Shown here: positions 58,501 through 64,000 of the stretch, in pieces | Numbering within the stretch: position 1 is the stretch's first letter | How the letters are laid out: each line of letters opens with the position of its first letter | IMG/VR virus record: IMGVR_UViG_3300032224_000809 | Location: 10,598-74,597 of that record | Direction: 5' to 3' (one strand) | DNA from: a virus | DNA length: 64,000 bases | Program-made: the position numbers and the translations under genes | Notes under the pieces: generated by a model | What the model was told of the DNA's origin: nothing | Databases searched by the model: none | What the model saw: the letters and a program-made list of their open reading frames with translations, nothing else

Positions 58501-59023
58501 AGAAGATCTAGTTAAACATCTTGATCAAGTTAACCTTGTTGTTGAAGAGTACCTAAAGGGAAATGATCCAACAGTAATTTCTAAACAACTGGATATTCCA
58601 CGCACACGTGTTGTGACATTAATTAATGAGTGGAAAGTTATGGCATCTGCAAACGATGCGATTAGAGCACGTGCCAAAGAAGCACTTGCTGCTGCCGATA
58701 CACACTACAGCAAACTTATATCAAAGTCTTACGAAGTAATTGACGAGGCATCAATGACAAATAACCTTGGAGCAAAGACTCAGGCAATTAAACTAGTCAT
58801 GGATATTGAATCAAAAAGAATTGATATGCTTCAGAAAGCAGGACTTCTTGAGAACAAAGAACTTGCTGATGAAATGATTGAGATTGAAAATAGACAGATG
58901 GTATTAATGTCAATCCTAAAAGATATTGCGTCAGAGTATCCACAAGTTCGTGATGAGATTATGAAAAGACTTTCATCTATTGCTAAAAAAGATGAAGTTA
59001 TAACTGTGGTTCAAGATGTATGA
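58490..59023 (+). CDS. Probable terminase small subunit
   Basis: N-terminal HTH plus helical region, overlapping the terL start. Confidence 0.55.
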   Translation: MSTEEDLVKHLDQVNLVVEEYLKGNDPTVISKQLDIPRTRVVTLINEWKVMASANDAIRARAKEALAAADTHYSKLISKSYEVIDEASMTNNLGAKTQAIKLVMDIESKRIDMLQKAGLLENKELADEMIEIENRQMVLMSILKDIASEYPQVRDEIMKRLSSIAKKDEVITVVQDV

Positions 59024-60803
59024 TGAATTTTTAGAAGCCCTCAAAGATAATAACTTTGAAGAGATTCCAGTAGACGCCAAAACATTTATTGAGGGTGATG
59101 CCTTCCTTGGCCAGCCTGGCTTGTCTGATATCCAGTATGACATTGTTGAGGCAATGAGTCAGATATATAGAAAAGAAGACTTGATAGAATTAATGGGGGA
59201 AGAAGAAGGATCCCAATACTACGACAAGTACACAAAGAACGAAATCATTCTGCAACTTGGCAAGGGATCTGGAAAAGACTTCACATCAACTGTAGCATGT
59301 TCATACATTGTATATAAGTTACTATGCTTAAAAGACCCAGCAAAATACTTTGGCAAGCCTTCTGGAGATGCTATTGACTTAATCAACGTTGCTATTAACG
59401 CACAACAGGCAAAGAACGTTTTCTTTAAAGGTTTTAAAACAAAAATTGAAAAGTCACCATGGTTTGCTGGAAAGTATTATGCCAAGGCAGATTCAATTGA
59501 GTTTAATAAATCTATTACTGTTTACTCTGGACACTCAGAACGTGAGTCACATGAAGGTTTGAATCTTTTGCTTGCAGTTCTTGATGAGATTTCAGGTTTT
59601 GCATCTGAGGTTAATACAGGAAATGATCAAGGAAAGACCGCAGATAATATATATAAGGCTTTCCGTGGATCTGTTGACTCCCGTTTCCCTGACCTTGGTA
59701 AGGTTGTTTTGCTTTCATTCCCACGTTATCCAGGAGACTTTATCTCAGAAAAGTATGATGCAGTAATTTCTGAAAAAGAAGTTATAGATCGTACACATAA
59801 GTTTGTAATTAATCCATTGCTTCCAGAAGATAGTGCAGACAATACATTTGATATAACTTGGGACGAAGATCATATAGTTTCATATAAATATCCTGGGGTC
59901 TTTGCACTCAAGAGACCAACATGGGAAGTAAACCCAACAAGAAAGATTGATGATTTTAAGATTGCTTTTATGACAGATCTTGGAGATGCCATGATGCGTT
60001 TTGCCTGTGTCCCAACTTTTGCATCGGATGCATTCTTTAAGCAGCATGAGAAGGTAAGATCTTGTATGACAACAAGAAATCCAATAGATGCTTTTAAAAG
60101 ATTTGATGAGTCATTTAAAGCAGATCCAACTAAAAAATATTATGTACACGCTGACCTTGCACAAAAGCATGACAAGTGTGCTGTAGCAATTGCCCACGTA
60201 GAAAAATGGGTAAATATCCAAGTAATCAATAACTACGAACAGGTAGCACCAATTGTAGTAGTAGATGCAGTAGCATGGTGGGAGCCAAAGATTGAAGGAC
60301 CTGTCAACCTTTCAGAGGTAAAGCAGTGGATTCAAAACCTTAGAAGACTTGGATTTGATATTGGCCTAGTATCTTTTGACCGTTGGCAGTCATTTGATAT
60401 TCAGAATGAATTAAATCAGGTTGGAATGAGAACTGATACTGTTTCTGTTGCTAAAAAACATTATGAAGATATGGCAATGCTTGTTTATGAAGAGAGGTTA
60501 GTTATGCCAGCAATCGAACTTCTGTTCGAAGAACTAACCCAGTTAAAGATTATGAAAAATGACAGAGTTGACCACCCACGCAAAAAGTCAAAGGACTTGG
60601 CGGATGCTGTGTGTGGAGCAATATTTGGGGCAATATCACATACCCCAAAAGATATAAATACTGAGATAGAAGTCCATACCTACAAGGATAGGCCAAAGAC
60701 TCCAGAGGAGCAATTTGACATGGACTCTCGCAATGTGATACAATATAAACCTAGTCAATTAAAAGACATTGAAGATTATTTGGCTGGACTAAAAACACTA
60801 TAA
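59016..60803 (+). CDS. terL: Terminase large subunit
   Basis: GKGSGKD Walker A, AVLDE Walker B, HADLA, FDRWQS, DHP..SKDLADA. Confidence 0.9.
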   Translation: MYDEFLEALKDNNFEEIPVDAKTFIEGDAFLGQPGLSDIQYDIVEAMSQIYRKEDLIELMGEEEGSQYYDKYTKNEIILQLGKGSGKDFTSTVACSYIVYKLLCLKDPAKYFGKPSGDAIDLINVAINAQQAKNVFFKGFKTKIEKSPWFAGKYYAKADSIEFNKSITVYSGHSERESHEGLNLLLAVLDEISGFASEVNTGNDQGKTADNIYKAFRGSVDSRFPDLGKVVLLSFPRYPGDFISEKYDAVISEKEVIDRTHKFVINPLLPEDSADNTFDITWDEDHIVSYKYPGVFALKRPTWEVNPTRKIDDFKIAFMTDLGDAMMRFACVPTFASDAFFKQHEKVRSCMTTRNPIDAFKRFDESFKADPTKKYYVHADLAQKHDKCAVAIAHVEKWVNIQVINNYEQVAPIVVVDAVAWWEPKIEGPVNLSEVKQWIQNLRRLGFDIGLVSFDRWQSFDIQNELNQVGMRTDTVSVAKKHYEDMAMLVYEERLVMPAIELLFEELTQLKIMKNDRVDHPRKKSKDLADAVCGAIFGAISHTPKDINTEIEVHTYKDRPKTPEEQFDMDSRNVIQYKPSQLKDIEDYLAGLKTL

Positions 60804-60819
60804 CAAGAAAAGAGATAAA

Positions 60820-61836
60820 ATGAATTCATTCAAGAAAGTATCGCTAATCATCGCTGCAGCCCTGACTAGCACAATGCTTGTAGCAACATCTGCAAGCGCT
60901 GCCACGACAACCCTAACGGTTGCGGGTTCTGCAGCAACAGGTGGTACAGTATCAACAACTCCTGTAGCACTTCCAGTACCAGCAGATAACAGCGTAGATG
61001 CAGCAGATGCATTAAAGATTGCTGTAACATCTGTAGATACAGGCACAGCAGTTTCAGCAGTTGCAGTAAATGCAACAATTGTTCCTGCTCTTGCAACATC
61101 AACCGCACCAGTGACAGCGTCATCTGGATCATCATCACTAACAATTAATACAGGAACAGGAACAACAGCAGACTTCTATGTTTACACAAAGACTACTGCA
61201 GTTGGAACAGTCGTTGTAACAGTTGGTGGAAATTCAACAACATATTATGTACAGGGTACCGCAGGTGCTTTGAACTCAATCACTCTGACTGCCCCAGCAT
61301 CTGGCGCAGCAGCAACAGTTGCAACTCTTAAGGTAACAGGATACGACGTATTTGGTAACGTAAAGGGTGGAGCAACAATCAATACTTTGGTAAGCGCAAA
61401 TGGTGCAGCAACTGCAACAGCACTTACAACAGATACAGCAGTAGCAACACTTGGAACTAAGGAGCAGACAATTACACTTCCTGCTTCAGGTTCAGTAACT
61501 GTTACAGCGTATGCAACAGTAGCAACAGCAGTGACTGGTCTTTCAGCACCAGTTGGTTCTGTAGTTGCAACAGTAGTAGTTCGTGATCTTGCAGGGGAAC
61601 TTGCAGCAAAGAACGCAGAACTATCAGTTGCTAATGCAGCACTTGCTGCAGAACGTGCTGGCCGTGCAGCAGATAAGGTTGCAGCAGATAAGGCACTTGC
61701 AGACGCAAAGGCAGCAACAGTAACAGCAACTGCAGCAGCAGATCTTGCTAAGGCTACTTACATCGCAGAGTACAATGCTCTTGCAAAGAAGTGGAACGCA
61801 AAGAATCCAAAGGCTAAGGTTACTTTAAAGAAGTAA
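60820..61836 (+). CDS. Secreted Ala/Thr/Val-rich surface (S-layer/Ig-like) protein
   Basis: Signal peptide MNSFKKVSLIIAAAL..ASA, beta-rich core with DVFGN, coiled-coil and basic C-terminal tail. Confidence 0.7.
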   Translation: MNSFKKVSLIIAAALTSTMLVATSASAATTTLTVAGSAATGGTVSTTPVALPVPADNSVDAADALKIAVTSVDTGTAVSAVAVNATIVPALATSTAPVTASSGSSSLTINTGTGTTADFYVYTKTTAVGTVVVTVGGNSTTYYVQGTAGALNSITLTAPASGAAATVATLKVTGYDVFGNVKGGATINTLVSANGAATATALTTDTAVATLGTKEQTITLPASGSVTVTAYATVATAVTGLSAPVGSVVATVVVRDLAGELAAKNAELSVANAALAAERAGRAADKVAADKALADAKAATVTATAAADLAKATYIAEYNALAKKWNAKNPKAKVTLKK

Positions 61837-61851
61837 TTTAATCCAACAACT

Positions 61852-61885
61852 AAGGGGGTTAGCCAAGTGCTAGCCCTCTTTTTTG
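61852..61885 (+). terminator. Rho-independent terminator
   Basis: GGGGGTTAGC-CAAGT-GCTAGCCCTC followed by a T-run. Confidence 0.8.
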
Positions 61886-61895
61886 TTTAATAAAA

Positions 61896-61904
61896 TGGTA
61901 TAAT
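61896..61904 (+). promoter_or_regulatory. Extended -10 promoter TGGTATAAT
   Basis: Upstream of the last ORF. Confidence 0.6.
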
Positions 61905-61943
61905 CATCCTAGCAGACATTGTTTGCATAAGGGGGAAAGGTAA

Positions 61944-64000
61944 ATAAAATCACTTCTTGTCAAATCTGGATTAGTAGGTTTGCTTTTAACTTTGTGGATG
62001 TTATTCTCTCCAGCAGATCACGCACATGCTGACGAAGTCCCAGCACCAGCAGAGCAGGTAGTCGTAAGCCCTGCACAGCAAGCAGTAAATACAGCCTTAG
62101 CAACAGCCACCACAGAGGTAGCCCAAGCAGTAGCAGCATCAGATACCGCAACAGCCACAATAGCAACAGCAGTTCAAGCAGTCAATGCATCTAATACAGC
62201 AGTCACAGCAGCCAACACAGCGGTGGCCACAGCAGTATCTGCAGTAGCAGAGGTAGCCAATGTTTCCCCAGCAGTAGAAACAGCAGCAGCAGTTACCCAG
62301 ACAGTTACTCAAACAGTCATTGGCGTTACTCAAGCAGTAGCAGCAATCCCAGTAAGCGCTACAACTCAAACACCAGAAGTAGTTGCAGCACAGGCAGTAA
62401 TCACTGCAGCAGTCCCTGTAATTCAAGAAGCAACTACATCCTTAACACAAGCAGTTGCTACGGCAGCAACTCCAGCAGGATCACCTATTCCACCTGTTAC
62501 TGTAGAGCAAGTTGCTACAGCAATTACAACAGAGGTTGCACAATCTGTAACAGCCTCTACTGCAGTTCAAGCAGCACAGACAGCAGTAACAGTAGCAAAT
62601 GCTGCAATATCTACAGCAACCACGGCGGTATCAGCAGTAACTCCTGCACGGACAGAGGCACAAACACAATTAACTCAGGCAAACGTAGCAATTAATAATG
62701 CTCAAGATGCGGTAAATGCATTAGCAGCAACAATCGGAGCATCAACTAACGTTCTGGCAAACACAGACGATGCTGGTGTTCGCATGAACCTTCCATTTAA
62801 TTTACGAATGGGTAACACTGTTTATAATAATGTTTATGTAGGTTCTAATGGAACAATTATGTTTGGAGTAAATGAAGGACAAAATTATTATTCAACTCCC
62901 AGTGCCCCATCAATTTCTGTAGCAGGATACGACTGGACTACCTGGAGCAATGGCTCTGGTGTTACCTATTCAACAACTACAAATACACTCAGTGTTGCCT
63001 GGGATGTTCGTCCATATCCACAAGTAACAGCCGATACTCAGATGACACAAATTAGATTTAATGCTGATGTAAATCCAACAGATGGCGCTTGGGTAGCAGA
63101 TGTCAGCGTTACTGGTCCTATTCCAAATGGTGCTCGTTTTAATACTCGCTCAACTACTAATGGAACAGTTACTCCTATCACTGATACAAATTCTGGTCCT
63201 GGATTTAATGGAACTATTAGTCAAGGCGCACCATTTACACCTACACCAGATCCTTCAACAGCAGCAATTCAAACAGCAATTGATAATGCCAATGCACAAA
63301 TTGCTACGTTAAACTCAGCAATTACAACAGTTGTTGCAACAAATACAACAAATACAAATACAGTAATTGCTCCTATTGCAACAGTTTCACAAAATACTGT
63401 GACTGCATTAGCAACAGCAAATACAACATTAACTGCAAAAGTAGCAGATCTTTCAATTGTTTCTACAGCAGTAGAAAAAGTAACTACTGCACCTATAATA
63501 ATTGCAGAAGCACAAACAGTAATTAGTGCAATTCCCGCACCACCTCCACCACCCGCTCCTGCACCTGAACCTGCACCAGATACATCAGTGCAAGATGCTG
63601 CAAATGCAGCAGCAGCACAAGCAGCACAGGAAGCAGCCATATCAGCACAAACAGCAGCGGAGGCTGCATCACAGGCAGCAGCAGAAGCCCAAGCAGCCCA
63701 GGCTGCAGCAGAGGCTCAAGCACAAGCAGACGCTCAAGCAGCGATAGATGCTTCTAATGCACAGGCTGCAGCAGAAGCACAAGCAGCGTTAGATGCACAG
63801 GCACAAGCAGACGCTCAAGCAGCACAAGAGGCTGCTGAGGCACAAGCCCAACAGGATGCACAGGCACAAGCAGATGCAGAGTCTGCTCAGGCAGAGGCAG
63901 AGGCACAAGCAGAAGCAGATGCACAGGCACAAGCAGACGCAGAGGCTGCTCAGGCAGAGGCAGAGGCACAAGCAGAAGCAGATGCACAGGCACAAGCAGA
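61944..64000 (+). CDS. 3'-truncated secreted surface protein: signal peptide, Ala/Thr coiled coil, NIDO-like domain, Pro linker, Ala/Gln/Glu repeats
   Basis: Not in the ORF track because it runs off the end. The frame is open 61944-64000: IKSLLVKSGLVGLLLTLWMLFSPADHAHA|DEVP...; DDAGVRMNLPFNLRMGNTVYNNVYVGSNGTIMFG. Confidence 0.8.
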   Translation, partial: MKSLLVKSGLVGLLLTLWMLFSPADHAHADEVPAPAEQVVVSPAQQAVNTALATATTEVAQAVAASDTATATIATAVQAVNASNTAVTAANTAVATAVSAVAEVANVSPAVETAAAVTQTVTQTVIGVTQAVAAIPVSATTQTPEVVAAQAVITAAVPVIQEATTSLTQAVATAATPAGSPIPPVTVEQVATAITTEVAQSVTASTAVQAAQTAVTVANAAISTATTAVSAVTPARTEAQTQLTQANVAINNAQDAVNALAATIGASTNVLANTDDAGVRMNLPFNLRMGNTVYNNVYVGSNGTIMFGVNEGQNYYSTPSAPSISVAGYDWTTWSNGSGVTYSTTTNTLSVAWDVRPYPQVTADTQMTQIRFNADVNPTDGAWVADVSVTGPIPNGARFNTRSTTNGTVTPITDTNSGPGFNGTISQGAPFTPTPDPSTAAIQTAIDNANAQIATLNSAITTVVATNTTNTNTVIAPIATVSQNTVTALATANTTLTAKVADLSIVSTAVEKVTTAPIIIAEAQTVISAIPAPPPPPAPAPEPAPDTSVQDAANAAAAQAAQEAAISAQTAAEAASQAAAEAQAAQAAAEAQAQADAQAAIDASNAQAAAEAQAALDAQAQADAQAAQEAAEAQAQQDAQAQADAESAQAEAEAQAEADAQAQADAEAAQAEAEAQAEADAQAQA
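63855..64000 (+). repeat. 63-bp coding tandem repeat (DAQAQADAExAQAEAEAQAEA)
   Basis: Units start at 63855, 63918 and 63981. Confidence 0.9.

Noticed and set aside
1-64000. tRNA, rRNA, riboswitch, integrase or transposase
   Set aside because: None recognised by eye, and intergenic gaps are short. A tRNAscan/Infernal run would be needed to exclude small RNAs.

Overview
A 64-kb segment of a large, AT-rich tailed dsDNA phage genome, probably a long-tailed siphovirus of Actinobacteria. The host is inferred from gene content and the many leaderless extended -10 promoters. Almost all genes are on the + strand. Order: fibre/accessory virion genes (1-9.7 kb), class II ribonucleotide reductase, head genes (portal, protease/scaffold, capsid), head-tail connectors, tail tube, chaperones, a 2862-aa tape measure and tail-tip genes (14.5-44 kb). 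Then come replication/recombination genes (DnaB, primase, SSB, DnaE, RecA, two resolvases, Cas4-like nuclease; 44-58 kb), terminase, and two secreted surface-type proteins, the last running off the window. The best candidate for an undescribed system appears twice with the same layout: a protein carrying a low-complexity peptide repeat ((TIN)n plus a 6-Cys module; or FN3-FN3 plus (FGVFGFSP)n), then a Gly linker and a C-terminal Hint domain (Cys1...His-Asn, no nucleophilic +1 residue). Each is followed directly by tailoring-type enzymes (2OG-Fe(II) oxygenases, a sulfotransferase). Also notable: nine 2OG-Fe(II) oxygenase-like genes, tail chaperones G and GT apparently encoded by duplicated genes instead of a frameshift, and a probable ATA-start surface protein. 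All calls come from reading motifs by eye; no database searches were run.
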